Below, in pieces: positions 25,126 to 38,772 of a DNA stretch of 64,000 nucleotides. Below the pieces are notes generated by a model. That model saw nothing but the letters and a program-made list of their open reading frames with translations. It was not told where the DNA came from and did not search any database. Origin of the DNA: Stegostoma tigrinum. Its lineage: Eukaryota. Position numbers and translations under genes: made by a program. The number at the start of each line of letters is the position of its first letter. Positions within the stretch are counted from its first letter, which is position 1. The stretch spans positions 1,054,001 through 1,118,000 of the forward strand of contig NC_081396.1 of assembly GCF_030684315.1 (NCBI RefSeq), in the 5' to 3' direction.

Positions 25126-27663
25126 GCAGGTCAAATTGTTTTCTTTACTAACCCATTTTTATGGTTGTATTTAACATCACTCCTTTGTCAACCTCTTTTC
25201 CAAGGGTAGTTACACAACAGATTCACTCCAGGTTAATGAATGCTACTTTATTTCACAGATCAATGACTGATCAATGATTTCCTTTCCACCACTATTGAAG
25301 TTTGTCTGGAAATTTACATGGCTGCATTCTGAAAACATTGGTTTCTTTTCCCCTTTTGTTGGAACTTGGTCGTGCAATCCAACTTTAAACAAATCACTGC
25401 ATAAATGCGCACGCCCACAGACATACTCTCTCGTTTGCTTGCCATCATGAGGTCTTAAGTGCAGAAAACATAGAAGCAGAAATAGGCCACTCAGTCCATT
25501 GAAACATGAAATCTCAGCTCATCTGATTAGCATCAATTCTACTCCACTGTGTTTTCGTCACAGTCTTTGATTCTCGTAATCAAACGCATTTTTCAACCTT
25601 AACCAATTATCAATCCAATCTCTGTTATAAAGAATTCCTCAGATGTATTTCCATCTGGGAGAAGCTGTTCCTCTTAATCTCCATTTGAAATGTGCAGCAC
25701 TTTGTTTAAAAACCTTGTCCTCCTGTCATGGACTCTTCTGCAGATGTAAACAACTTATCTCTTTTCAGCTGCCCGGTATTCATTGCACACCTGCAGAGCA
25801 GAAGGGATGGATATGCTGGCCATATGACTCAAAGGTAGGCACAGTGACCATGAGGCCACAAGAACCCTCACACTGCTTGATTATGCACTGAAGAATTGTT
25901 CTCGTTCTGATAAACATAAACGTATTTGTTTAGTCATTTCTTTACAGACTTGCAGCCGTGCAATAAAATAATCTAATTCCGTGTTCCATTAGTGTTGGTC
26001 TATTGTGAGTAGTTGCACAGATTGTCATCCAGAATGGAGATTAATCTCAGGTCTGCTAAAAGTTACAAACAAATCAAGAATTGAGGAACATTTTTCAATA
26101 GTGAGGAGGTCAGCCTGAAGTAGAGCCGTCAGTGAAGAGAAACTGAATTGTTGTCCAATATAATGGTAAAACTCTTTGCATTGTGCGATTTCCTATGTGT
26201 GTACAAACATTCCTTGATTCACCACATCTCCACAATCTGCGGATAGTGATTCCAGGAAAGTGATACAGGAAATGGAGAAAGTGCTGTGAAAGGCTTCGAA
26301 GCAAAGAGATACAAATGGCAAAAGGAACATTGAAACATCACCAGCACTTTTACGAATATTAACTGGAGATGTAGATTGACAGCATCAAAGGCTGTACATT
26401 TTTCCACCCGTGATGATCTGATGTGGCTTTCAGTTGAATGTGCTGTGCGGCTGTCCTCCTTCTGAGTAAATACCTGATGAGTTTGAACATCCTGTTGCGC
26501 AGTAGCGGAGATACACCAGCAGATGGTGACAACTGATAACATTCAACTCATGCGGGCAATGAAGGTAATAGACTCAAAGTTCAACTATTTCATGCCTCCG
26601 GACACCTTGTCTCCCAGAGGAATGACCAGTGGCTTCTGTACTCACGCCAGGCTCCCAAAACAACATACCAGCTTAATGTTTAAAAATTTTGAGCATGTTT
26701 CCCAGAGGGTACTGAGACAGATGAGCAAAACACATCAGTGAAAAATACATAACGACAAATACATGACGAGAAATGTGTCCGTCTACACATTCAGATCTAC
26801 ACACAGACACATTGATTTAAGCAATCAACCCAGATTACACTGTTGCAAAAATATGCATAAACAAACAAACTCTCTCTCGAGTTTACACACACACACAGAA
26901 AATACATACACAAACAAACACACACAAACACACACACTGAGGATGCTGATGTCTAAGACAGCTGCTATGGCATTATTCAAAAGTACAATGAGTCCAGCTT
27001 CATGAGGTGCCTGCTTTTCATGAGGGAAAAAAAAGAATCGGGGAGGTAGTGGAAAGAAACTGAAAATATCTAAGGGGAAACAAAAAATGCAAGTGTGATA
27101 ATCTTGACCACAAGATCAGAGAAACAGCAACAGAAGATCTCAATGAAAAGGAATCTAACAAACATAACATTAGAGATATTGCTGACGAAAGTTTGAGATT
27201 AATTTTTATGATGTGGGAGATTTAATTGAATGACTTTGTTTTGAGAACGGGCAGTTTGTCTATGTGCAAGGATGATGTGAGGGCTGTAAATCTCGTGGAT
27301 GGTATTACTGGGCAACTTCAGTACACCCATTAACACGTTTATCACAATAAATGAAGTCAAAGAAAAGTACAGATTCGGGAGAGTAAATGTGCTTGGAATG
27401 TGGGAAATTGCTTATCTGGAATCAAAACCGTACTCTCAGAATGCTTAGAGTCCCACTATTAAGAATCGTGACTTAAACACTGCTTGGGGCGCCATCAAGC
27501 CACTAAAAGTCAGCTCTCCTTCTCCCAACATCTCAACATCACGACTGAGAAAAAGCAGTGAGGTGGGAACATCCACATTAAGATAAGCAGTATATTGAAG
27601 ACAGGGCTTCAGAATGGGTGCCTTCAAATATCTGGCAGCCCCATTGTGCTGAGGACAGAGGCA

Positions 27664-28155
27664 ATATGGCTGCTCAGCATCTGGGTTGTGTCAGGCACAT
27701 TTCTAACAGGTGCATGTGGGAGGAATGGAACTCACATTCTTTTACCAAATCATATACTGAATTGATGTCAGTCTGACATTGTGCAATTGATATCTATTTT
27801 CTCTTTTAGACCTGAGTCGTGGAGATTTAGCCACTCAGCCACTCTCTTCAGATGTTCAGACAGAGGGAGCGGCAGTGACTCTAAGTTGTAACTATGAGAC
27901 TACAAAGAGCTCTTATTTGATATACTGGTACCGGCAGTACACAGGCACGCAGCCCGTTTATATATTGAGGAAAAGTACTGTAGGCAGTGAGGATAAGGCA
28001 GATTTAGTGAAATACTGCTTCTCTGTAGAAATTCAAACCTCGAAGTAACTCACCAGTTTAACTATCACTGGATTAGAACTGACCGACGTTGCTGTGTATT
28101 ACTGTGCTCTCTGGGACACAGTGATTGCAAACAGTCTTACCCTTTTACATAACCT
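27664..28155 (+). pseudogene. TRAV/TRDV-type V pseudogene, near intact
   Basis: Leader start changed ATG to ATA (27664). V exon from 27810 GDLATQPLSSDVQTEGAAVTLSCNY...WYRQ...DVAVYYCALW with one TAA at 28046-28048. RSS CACAGTG 28117-28123, 23 nt, ACATAACCT. Confidence 0.92.
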
Positions 28156-29224
28156 GACTTTGGACCAAAGTTTGATCCATCTGGGATGTTTTCACAGAGT
28201 CTTGAGAAGTTACTATGTGTTGTCAGCGGTTTAAACACACACCAAGAGGAAACCAAACTAACCTCGCATCAAACTGTCGACCAACCGTTTCCCTGAGCTG
28301 ATGAGAAAGTAAAATGCATATTCTGAACTCAAACACAGAAACAGGGAAATGTCATCTTTGAACATACCCATTCCAATTGATATCCACTGCAGTTTGCTGT
28401 GCCGTAACTTGGTGACAGTGTGCGGGCAGACATCTCTCCTTCTTCAAGATTCAGATCCACACCTTCACCACAAAGGAATGAGTTGGTCGCATCCAAAAAT
28501 ACAACAGCAATGTACCAGGTGCAGAGTTTTAGAACGAGAGCCACTGAAGGTGCCGATTCGATTGAAGGAATGCTAAAGTAATCCTTTCATCACCATCGTA
28601 ATCTCGGCAAAGTGCTTATCTGCTTAAATCANNNNNNNNNNNNNNNNNNNNNNNNNNNNNNNNNNNNNNNNNNNNNNNNNNNNNNNNNNNNNNNNNNNNN
28701 NNNNNNNNNNNNNNNNNNNNNNNNNNNNNNNNNNNNNNNNNNNNNNNNNNNNNNNNNNNNNNNNNNNNNNNNNNNNNNNNNNNNNNNAGAAATTCACTGT
28801 CATGATTTCATTTTCGGTTCCACTTGCATCTCGTACTTCATGTCAATCTCACTCTCATTTATTTTATTCCCCAGTACTGGTGCCTCACATTTTTTAATTT
28901 GAGATTGATTGTCACTGTGTCCTTTTTTCTTTGTTCTCTTTGTGCTTGAACTCAACTTCAATTTGCTTGGAGACTCCATAATCTTATTCAATGGCAGAGG
29001 ATGTTCTAAAGTGCCAATTAACTTTTTCCTGTACTCTCGTCATACAATCTTAGGATCATAACAATCAATTGGAGTGCCAAATCCTCACCCATATAGAATG
29101 TTGATTTCAAAAAAAGCTCAATTCTTCCTTGCCTTTCCTCTCTATCACATGAGGATCGGCAATTTCGTTTCTGCAATCTACTGTGGAAGAAAGTCTTCCA
29201 AATACAATGCCTGATTGTCCTTTT

Positions 29225-29572
29225 GGAACCCTGTCCAAACCGCTCACTGACGAGTCAGAAGTAAAGATGGCATGAATATTGCAGAGAGTGGCACTCTCGT
29301 CTGTTTCTGCACAGACGGGGAGAGTGCCTTCCTGTCGTAGTACTGGCTGATTCTCTCCTTTAGACACCAATATATTCTCATCAGCCATACAGACGGCTTC
29401 AGTGACAATTCCACATTTTCGAGAAGTCGTCTCACATGTTCTCTGGTCAAAACATTCAGAGTTGTCAGTTTAAACGGTTCAACAGATATCGGACGAGGAT
29501 TCCAAGAAACATTTATGCAACAGAAACATACTCACAGTGCTCATTTTAAAGGAACAATGCCTTCATATAGTG
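29225..29572 (+). pseudogene. Degenerate TCR-type V relic (plus-strand old family)
   Basis: Homologous to the other copies, with a DEDSKK.LC motif and a perfect heptamer CACAGTG at 29533-29539. Confidence 0.75.
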
Positions 29573-29799
29573 ATGTGAATGTAGAGTCTGTGAGACGAGA
29601 ATTACCAGTATTTTACAGTGCACTGCTCAGCATCATTAACCGCAGTAGAATGTGAGTCGAACTTATGAATAGTCGAAAGAACAAACAGGGGTAGAATGGA
29701 ACACGGGGACAGACTGAAAAAAATGCATGGAATGAGAAACAGTCAGATACACAGTCTGATAAATGGGCAAGCACACAGATAAACTTTCAAGTATATATG

Positions 29800-29975
29800 T
29801 AGAATAGTAGAGAGAGTGATAGATAGGTAGTTAGACAGACAAAAATGTAGATGGGTAGATGGATTGATAGAGAGATAAATAGATGGATAGATATATACAT
29901 ACAGACAGGCAGATAGATATCTAGGTAGGTAGATACACACAAAGATGGGTAGATGGCTAGATAGATAGACAGATA
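29800..29975. repeat. Degenerate (GATA/GACA)n microsatellite
   Basis: Visible tetranucleotide repeats. The same cassette position recurs at ~43260-43340 and ~47655-47720. Confidence 0.85.
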
Positions 29976-31808
29976 AACGGGTGGTCATTTTGATGAATGG
30001 ATGCTGTGCACATACACCAGAAATGGACTGATAGACGACATATGCAGAAGAATTTGAAGACAACACAATTGTCGGCAATGATGTTACATAGTTTCATGCC
30101 TTCTCTGTTAACAATGATCATCTCTTTATTCTCCATGCTAATCCTCTCCGTATTCTTCATAGTGACCATGATCTAAATAGGCACATTGATCCTGTGTATG
30201 TGTTGGTGCTGATTTCACATTGGAAGGTGCTGTTTACCGCGGCTCACCTTTTGACTGATACCCTGGTAATTTTTGAACGTTCATAGTTGGAATGGATGCA
30301 GGGCGCCAGCAGGGTGTGACTTTTCATTACTTTAAACACTAACTGATGAAAAAAGACAATGAGGGTTTACTTAATATTGAATAAAACCCTCGACAACTAC
30401 CATCCATTGTAGAGATAGAATCATACACTCACAGATAATGATGGGTGTTGCTGCCCGAGCGGGGTGCATGGAGAAACACATAATCAAGAACACACAAAAA
30501 CAGACGCAAACNNNNNNNNNNNNNNNNNNNNNNNNNNNNNNNNNNNNNNNNNNNNNNNNNNNNNNNNNNNNNNNNNNNNNNNNNNNNNNNNNNNNNNNNN
30601 NNNNNNNNNNNNNNNNNNNNNNNNNNNNNNNNNNNNNNNNNNNNNNNNNNNNNNNNNNNNNNNNNNNNNNNNNNNNNNNNNNNNNNNNNNNNNNNNNNAA
30701 GCGGTATACACTGATCTAAGCTTTCACACATTGGCAGATATACAACCATGCTGTTTGTTGCCTGTTCTAACCTTTGTACCGTTCATTTGGTTTGCAATTT
30801 CTTTGCATTTGCAATTTTATTTATTTGCTGAAAACTCTAAGGATATTGATACACTCAGGGTAGATATAATAGATCGAAGGTTCGTTTTCTGTTCTGGTCT
30901 TAAGATCCCACAAAGTTCGAACATCGTAAGTAAATTCTAGCAACAGAATGGGAACTCTTCAGATGTGGTCATTTGGGCTCCTGCTGCATTGACACTCCTG
31001 ACACACATGATTCAGCTAATTGTTCTCCACTACTGTCTCATCAGTACACCCTCAAATATTTAGATTCCTGGAAATATCCGTCTTCAATTTGATGAAATAA
31101 CATTGGAAATCCTGAAGCATCCTATCAGGCACTGAATTAAACTATATCAATGTGACCTCAGTGACTCTGTTACTTGTGTGTACCTCTGCAGAGATGGGGA
31201 TAACAAAAGGTTTGTAAGGATTTATTGGAATTGGACACTACCATTTTACGGCCAGAAATTCATGCTTCACAAATTTACTGGAGGCGTTATTTTAGAGCTC
31301 TAACTTGTCGATCAAATAATATTGAGTCACTATACTTGTTCGATTTGAATTTGCATTGAGTTACTGGAAAATTACTCTACGAATCTTTTGTGGGTAACAG
31401 TCAACGTCAAGCTTATAAAAATATAATTTTTCCATTGAAGGCGAATCAGTAGGCCTATTGGAACCGAGAGTGAGAAAAAAAGTTCTTTTTCTGCCGAAGG
31501 TAAACGGGGGTCAATTCACTTATTGGATTCTTGCTATGCCTCTAAAGTATTTAAGTGAGCCCTGAAATCATTTGGAAATGCCTTGAGATTGTTTACTGGA
31601 TAAGAGTCCCAATCTGCAGTTCGTTTCATTCTTCATATGCCGCGGCAGGACCAAACTGCTGTAACGGCAGTTTACACATGTAATGCTGCCTTTATGATTA
31701 ACTTATATTTTTCAATTGTGAAAAATGTCAGACTGTCACTGTCAATTCACACAATTTCCAAAGACCGCACTGAGATGTTGCCACACCCAGCCCAGTGAGG
31801 ATGGCAAA

Positions 31809-31923
31809 AACCCCATGTATTTATATCAGAAGTCAAACCCCATGTATTTGCATCAGACATCAATGGTAGACAGCCAATCTCTAATGTTCTCAAACCCACC
31901 CCCTCTTCTTCTGATTCATAAAA
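31809..31923 (+). promoter_or_regulatory. Putative promoter of the IgVH-like V genes
   Basis: 2x27-bp tandem unit with CRE-like CAGA(C)GTCA cores, CCAAT (31874-31878) and CATAAAA (31917-31923) about 100 nt before the ATG. The block is recognisable upstream of all IgVH-like copies. Confidence 0.55.
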
Positions 31924-32020
31924 CCCGTGGGTGTGGATGAGCATCCAACAGTCTGCAGAGTTGCTTATTCAGTGAGTGACAGGAGAACATACTGCATCAA
32001 TGAAAACAGTGTCAGGAAGC

Positions 32021-32454
32021 ATGAGTTCGCTAAGCTTTCTTCCTCTTCTTCTTGCTTTCATATCCAGTACGTAGACCTAATTGTTTCTTTCAACTAAATT
32101 GTAACGTGGTTTTCAGCTTCTTAGTTTTTTAATGTTGCTTTGTTTGACTAGGTGTCCAGTCAGAAGTATCGTTGACTCAACCGGAGGAAGAGATGGGAAT
32201 TGCTGGACAGTCTCTGAGACTGATATGTAAAACCAGCGGGTTTGATCTGGGTGTCTACGATATGTACTGGTACCGACAAAGTCCTGAGAATGGTCTGCAA
32301 TGGTTAGTTCGGTACTATAGTGAAGGAAACAAAGCTTTTAATCCAGTCGTTGAAAACCGAGCTGCTGCTTACAAAGACCTCACAAACAATGTGTTCACTT
32401 TGGATATCAGACCTTTGAGGATTTCAGATAGCGCAACATATTATTGTGCGAGAG
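32021..32454 (+). CDS. IgVH-like V segment (TAILV-like), apparently functional (leader 32021-32066, V exon 32152-32454)
   Basis: [58 protein letters not shown]...KDLTNNVFTLDI...DSATYYCAR has shark VH hallmarks. 85-nt GT..AG intron, no stops. Confidence 0.93.
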
Positions 32455-32493
32455 CACAGTGAGACAGATCAGATCCAAACCTGAACAAAAACT
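32455..32493 (+). promoter_or_regulatory. 23-RSS of the IgVH-like V at 32021
   Basis: CACAGTG, 23-nt spacer, ACAAAAACT. Confidence 0.97.
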
Positions 32494-33436
32494 CACGAGA
32501 GGAAATGATACATTTTCTTCGGCTCTCACTGATAGTATCATTACACATATCGTAAACAGCAGCTCACTGAATAGTGTTGTGGCTGATTAATATTTACTGA
32601 ATAACGTAACAACGAACTAGGCTTTGTTTGACAGTTGGGTGTTTGCGTGTGCGTGTGTGTATGTGTGAGTGCGTGTGTGTATGAATATATGTGTGTGAAT
32701 GTATGTGTGTCTGTGCGTGCGTGTTTGTGTTTTCTCTAAGTTTACAGATGTGAATGATAGTTTTTGTATGACTACGTGTCGATTCAGTGCAACAGTTAAA
32801 TTTATATGCAATCCCACAATACTGTATATCAGTCTCCCCGTCCCAATATATTTAGCTCCCTTAATTGATCTTTCACTTTCTCTAGTCTTAGTTTCTCCTT
32901 CTTTCTGATCACCTCTTCCGTTCCCATTTAATTACTGAATTTAATCTCAATTTGATTGGAGACTCCATGCTGGAAACAATAAAAATCAGCCATGTGACCG
33001 TGTATATAATGTCAATTTGAAGAGAGTTCTTTTCAGCTGATTTTTAACATGATAACTTTCGTTACTGACTGCAATACTGTACTCAAGGTTTACATGATAT
33101 AGTGTCTAAGTGATTCCTGGCCTTTGCTTTGGTCTTGTCTTTGAACAGGATTGTTCCAAATTCACTTCCTGCTTTGGACTGTTGTACATAATCAGGAGGA
33201 AAACCACTGTTTATTTTGGCTTTGCATACCAGTGAGTAGGACATGAAGTTGGTGGTTCTGAAAAATGATGATTGTCCTCATTATGTGAATGGAACTGACA
33301 GTTTAGATTCTGAGGAGCTATCAGTGTGCAGTGGTAGAATTCCTATGCCTTTTTCAAACAGATTCCAGTTCTAGATTCACTTGTGGTGTCTAATAATATC
33401 TCTGAGCACGTTGCTTCGAAAATAGGGATCCTTCAT

Positions 33437-33716
33437 CATAGAATCCCTGCAGTCTGGAAACAGGAACTTCCGACCAGCAAGTTCACATCAACCCATCCCC
33501 CAAAAACCCACCTAAGCTCCACCACCCTGAACACTATGGGCAATTTAGCATGGTGAATCCGCCTAGCCTGCATAACCTCAGACTGTGGAAGGAAACCGGA
33601 GCACGAGGAGGTAATCCACTCAGACACGTGGAGAATGTGCTAACTCCACATTGACAATCGCCAGGCCGTGGAAGTGAACTTGGCGCTGTGAGGAAGAATT
33701 GCTACCCACGGTGCCA
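33437..33716 (-). mobile_element. V-SINE (HE1-like), decayed
   Basis: Same head, central domain and tail as the SINEs at 7284 and 19363. Confidence 0.8.
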
Positions 33717-33864
33717 GCTTTAGAATCTTACTGGTGACAATTCATGTAATATTTAAACATTGAATAGGGATGCTCCACAAAACTCACTTTCAGTCACCGA
33801 TTGTTTCTCCTCTGGAATGTTGTTGATGGTCAGAGAGCGAAGCTGTTGCTTTGGCTCGTGTCTG

Positions 33865-34030
33865 CCTGGAGTATCTGCACTGTTACCCTTTGAGTTGTAA
33901 CATGGTGCTGATCAGCAAGCAGTGATAATCGGAAATATTTTCTCTCCCGATATCTGCAAAATGGAAAGATCTCTGTTGTTGATCGAGGTGAAGATTGGGC
34001 AGATGCATTTACTGCAGGTGTCCTTCTAGG
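33865..34030 (-). pseudogene. Inverted V relic, FR3/RSS part
   Basis: Homologous to the 3' half of 20538-20845. YHCLL followed by a CACCATG heptamer-like site on the minus strand. Confidence 0.55.
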
Positions 34031-36239
34031 TGGAAGTGGCCATTGGTTCAAAACCTGCTGTCATTTTGTCCTTTATCAACTTCACAACTCTGAAAAATGA
34101 AGACATGTTTTTACTAATTTTCTAATAATGCTCTCTCAAAGTGGAAATTTGAGGAAAATAAAAAGCAACAAATGACGTTAATGGTTGAGAATTTTAAGTA
34201 AAATTCACCTGCGATGAAGGTGACGAATTTTTATCCGACCTCCACCTTCATGTCATATTAAGTGTAGAACACCACTGAAATGAACAGGGGGTCTACACTT
34301 TGTAATGTGGAAATGGTCAGAGCAGGAAATTCAGTGGTTATACCTGCATGCACAGACAAAACTAAAGAAAATGGCCTGGATCTCCCACATGCAAACTTTA
34401 TAAATGTTAATGTGTATGCGTGTACAGATCTCTGTCACTCTTTAGTTGTACACAATTGTTTTGATATCGTTGCGTTTGCTTCTCAATGTCTGTGTATGTG
34501 CTGCTGTATAGTATTCTGCCCATCTCAGTGACTGATTAGAAATCTGTGCAAAAGATTGGGGACATTCACTTGCAGCATTGTATCGCGTGTTTAATGTCAG
34601 TTCAGAAGCAACTTGCCTTTGGTTTTGGAGATAAATCAATTTTCCAGATAATGATGAATGAAGTAATGAAAAGAAAATGCCTGTCACTTTCCCTGATACA
34701 CTCCCCTCAGTTCAGCACTATAGAATTCCAAACTCTTTTGTAGGTTTCTGCACTAAACGAAGCGAAAATTAATCAAAGATTCAATCGGAGGGAGAGCAGT
34801 AGCACACTGCACCTTGCAAACCAGCAACTCGTGCAGGGAAAGCGTGCAATCTTTGAGTTTCTCAATTCGCATAACCACCTGATATTATTGAATTCACGAT
34901 TGTAAATGTATTGTTCATTTGTCAGTTTGCACGGATGTACGTCATTTTGAACAGCTCTGTTCCCTCCTCCCATGTCAATTTACCAGAATCAGGGCCGACA
35001 ATTTGTCAAGAGTGTGTGTTTGCTTAGTTTGAATTTGTGGACACATGTCAGAATGTACATAATGGACCGAACTCAAAATGTAATGACGCTGAATCCATCT
35101 ATCTCCGGAATGCTGGAGTAATCGTTTAATTCCTTGACTTGTTTATCGCAATTAACAGCTCAGGAATTCACATCAATTTCTGGCAAATAAAGCGTGGAAG
35201 TGTTCCTGTTAGAACGCCGTGAATGTAACACAAAATTGTGTGATATTATTCAATTATGAGAGGTTTCCTGAGAAATGAATGGAAGAAAAGATGCTTCAGG
35301 TTTATCAGAATTAGAATAATACAAGTGAGTATATAAGCGAGCTGTGTAGAGGGATCTTGTGACAATCTGTCAGAATCCTTAACTTTGTATCTGTTTGCCC
35401 AACTTCAAAGGCCAAATGCTCTAAAGTTGTATGACGAAAACCTGACAGGGTAAATGGGGAATAGCCCGCACCCAACACCAACCCCACATCGTTGAAATGG
35501 AATAGATAATCAGGTAGGTACGAGGAAGCATTGCGTCAACAGAGGAAACTGAACTTGTCAACAGATTTGCTATAGGAACTGTGCTTTAAGTATGTTCAAG
35601 GCTGATACAGGTATAGAAAAGATACACAGACTGGATTGTCTGGAGTATCAAAAATTCAGAACGAATGAATGGAATCATATTAGACCTGAGAAGAGTTGAT
35701 CAGGAATATCTGGAAAGCATGTTTCCTCTTGTGGAACAGTGAGGAATTAGAAGCTGGAGGTTAAACATTAGGCAGCATCCATTAGTCTCAGCAATGTGGA
35801 ACAGGTTTTTCCTTTACATTCAGTAGGCTGTGAGTTTTTTTGAATATCTTTTATGTTAAGGTCATGAATGCAGAATCCTGAAGCATTTATAAGGCAGAGG
35901 TAAGTAGGTTCTTGCCAACAAAGGGATGCAAGATTTTCAGGAATATGAAAATAATGTAGAGTTGAGGTTAACGTCTTATTGGAAGTTATCATATTCAATG
36001 GTGGAGGATGCAGTTAAATGCCGACTGATGTTCTCCTGTGCCCTCGTCTACGTTTGTATGACCATAGCAATCAATTGGAGCGTCAATGCCTCAGCCATAT
36101 GAAATGTTAATGTCAAAACAATCAGTTCAATCGTTCTCGGTCTCTCCTCTGTATAACGTGACGAATGTCAGTTTTGTTTCTCCAATATTCTGTGGATGAA
36201 AGTCTTCCAAACATAAAACCTTATTATCTGTGTCCTTTT

Positions 36240-36497
36240 GGGTTCCAGTCTCATTTTTCACTGAAACGTCAGTGATAGCGATGACCGCAAATAGTGGAGA
36301 GAGTATCACCCTCAACTGATTCTACACAGATGGAGAGAATGCTTTGCTGTTGTGGTGCTGTCTGACTCTTTCCCCAATATATTAACAGCCACTGTACGAA
36401 TCGTTTTATCGCCGTCGGATGAGGACCCTGAGAGATATTTCTGAATCGTAACCATGCCCATAGTGCTGAATTTAATGGAACAGTGCTTAAATATACT
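36240..36497 (+). pseudogene. Degenerate TCR-type V relic (plus-strand old family), internally deleted
   Basis: Direct paralogue of 2375-2716, with CATAGTG at 36459-36465. Confidence 0.7.
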
Positions 36498-37294
36498 GGT
36501 CCAAATGTAGAGTCACTGAGAGTCAAGAATGCACGTAACTTTAAAAGGCTGTGTTCAACATCATTGTGTGCAACACAGGGTGAGTTCAACAAACATGTTG
36601 ATTGAACATATGTGGAAGCAGGAGAAAACGGAGGGACAGGCTGGCAAATGCAGGGAAGGAGGAAGAGGAAAATACCCAGCGTGATAAATAGGCACACAGA
36701 AAAAATAAACTGTCATGCATGTTCGTTGGACAATAGAGACAAAGATAGTTTAGACAGGCAGACAGGCAGGCAGTTCGATATATAAACGCGGTGCTCACAC
36801 ATTAAAATAGGACATTTCGATTGAGAGAGAGCATATGCGCAAGCGTTTGAAAATAATGCACTCTTTGACAATTTTGTTACATGAATTTATGCATTTTCTG
36901 TTAAAATTGACAATTTTTCTAATCCCCACGATGAACCTCTCTCTATCCTTCATAGTGGCCATCTCCGAAATCCCCACGCTGATCCAATGTATATTTTGGC
37001 GTTGCTGTCAGATTGGATGGGACTGTATGCTGCTCCTTAACGTTTTGAGTGATTCCTTGGTGATTTTTGCCTTTCCCAGTTGCAATAGACGCCGACGGCC
37101 GGCAGGGGGAGGAATTGCTTCGCTTTCAGCAAGAAGTGAAAAAACAGTACAGAGGCTTTTCCTTCATTCAACTTAAATAAATCTCCTGTCGTGGAGAGAG
37201 AATCGTGCTCAAACAGAGAACGATATATTTTGGTGCACCATCAGGCATGCACGGAGACAAACTAACTTACAAACACAGAAAAACCTACATAAAC

Positions 37295-37345
37295 GTACAC
37301 AGACAGAGACACAGACAGACACAAACATACTGACAAACACACTCA

Positions 37346-37392
<47 letters not shown>
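37295..37392. repeat. (CA)n microsatellite
   Basis: Visible dinucleotide run. The paralogous positions at 3498 and 30512 are N runs. Confidence 0.95.
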
Positions 37393-37393
<1 letters not shown>

Positions 37394-38772
37394 AAATACT
37401 TATGTACTCACACAGCTGTACACGCCGATTTTCACTTGCACACAGTGGCAGGTACGTATCCATGCTGTGTGGTTTGTACCTTCCTGCCTATTGTAACTTA
37501 TGTATAATTAATATGCAACGTCATTATTTTTGCATTTGCAGCCCTTGTACTTGCTGCAAACTCTGCAGCTGTTGTAGTAAGTATGTAACAGATCGAAGTT
37601 TAATTTCTGTCATTCCTTAGGATTCAAGAACCTTCTGACAAAGTGAGAAAATTCATGTTTAAGATTGCGAACTCTGCAGATGTGGCAAGATGGGATCCAG
37701 CTGCGGTGACGCTCCTGACGTGCATAATCACCTCATCATACTTGCCAAATCTCTTAAATGCACACACTCAAAATATTTCGATTCCTGGAACTATCCATCT
37801 ACAATTTGACAAATGAACGTTGGAAAGTCTCGAGCATCCTTTTGGGCAGTTCACTTCATATCACTATGAAGTGCTGCTCAATTAAAATATCTCCATGCGA
37901 TCCCCAAACCCTTTGTAACGTGTATGTACCTTTGGTAAGACAGTGGATAACAAAACGTTTGTAAGGATTTACTGGAATTTGACATGACCATTATCTGGCA
38001 GAAAAATCATGCTTAACAAATTTGCTGGGAGCTTTATTTTAGGGATCTAGCCAATAGAATAGATAATGTTGAGTCACTGTATTTGTTAGATTTGAATTTC
38101 CACAAAGCTTTTGAAAATGTTCTGAGCAAGACGACAGCGGGTACCAGTCAACCTCAGGGCTCTCGGGTTATAACTTTCTTATGCAAGGCAAATTGGCAGA
38201 TCGATGTCAAACGAGAGTGGGAAAAAATGAGCACTTTTCTGCCGAAGGGAAATGGGGGCCCATTTGCATATCGGATTCTCGCTATGCCTGTAATATATTC
38301 AAGCAAACCCTGAAATAATTTAGAAATACCTTGAGATTGTTAGCGAGATAGAGTCCGAATCCAATGTAGGTTTGTTTCTGTATGTGTTGCATAGGGGACT
38401 GTACTGTTTTGATGACTGTTTACACATATAAAGTTGCTTTTATGAATAAAATATTACTTTGAAATGTAAAAAAAGAAACAGGCTTAGACTGTCAATTCAC
38501 GAAATCTTTAACAACCGGAATGAGACGGTGCTGCCAGCCAGCCTGTTGGGGATCGTAAACACCCTTTGTATTTATATCAGACGTCAATCCCCACGTCTTT
38601 ACATTAGAGATCAATGGCTGTCAGCCAATCTCTTATGATCTCAAACCCACCCCTTCTGCTGCTGATTGATAAAACTTTGTGAGTGTAGATCAAAATCCAA
38701 CAGTAGGCAGAGCTGCTTTTTCAGCGAGCGACTGGAGAACAGGCTGCCTCATTTAAGACAGCGTCTAGAATC

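Noticed and set aside
26219-26741. ORFs with faint V-like words (YSRQAPK, EDSRTA)
   Set aside because: No correctly spaced Cys/Trp/Cys pattern or RSS could be assembled.
32759-32853. Possible fossil IgH D segment after the Ig-like V (AGTTTTTGT ... CACAATA)
   Set aside because: No heptamer at 12 or 23 nt from the nonamer-like site, and the motif is not conserved in the three paralogous cassettes.
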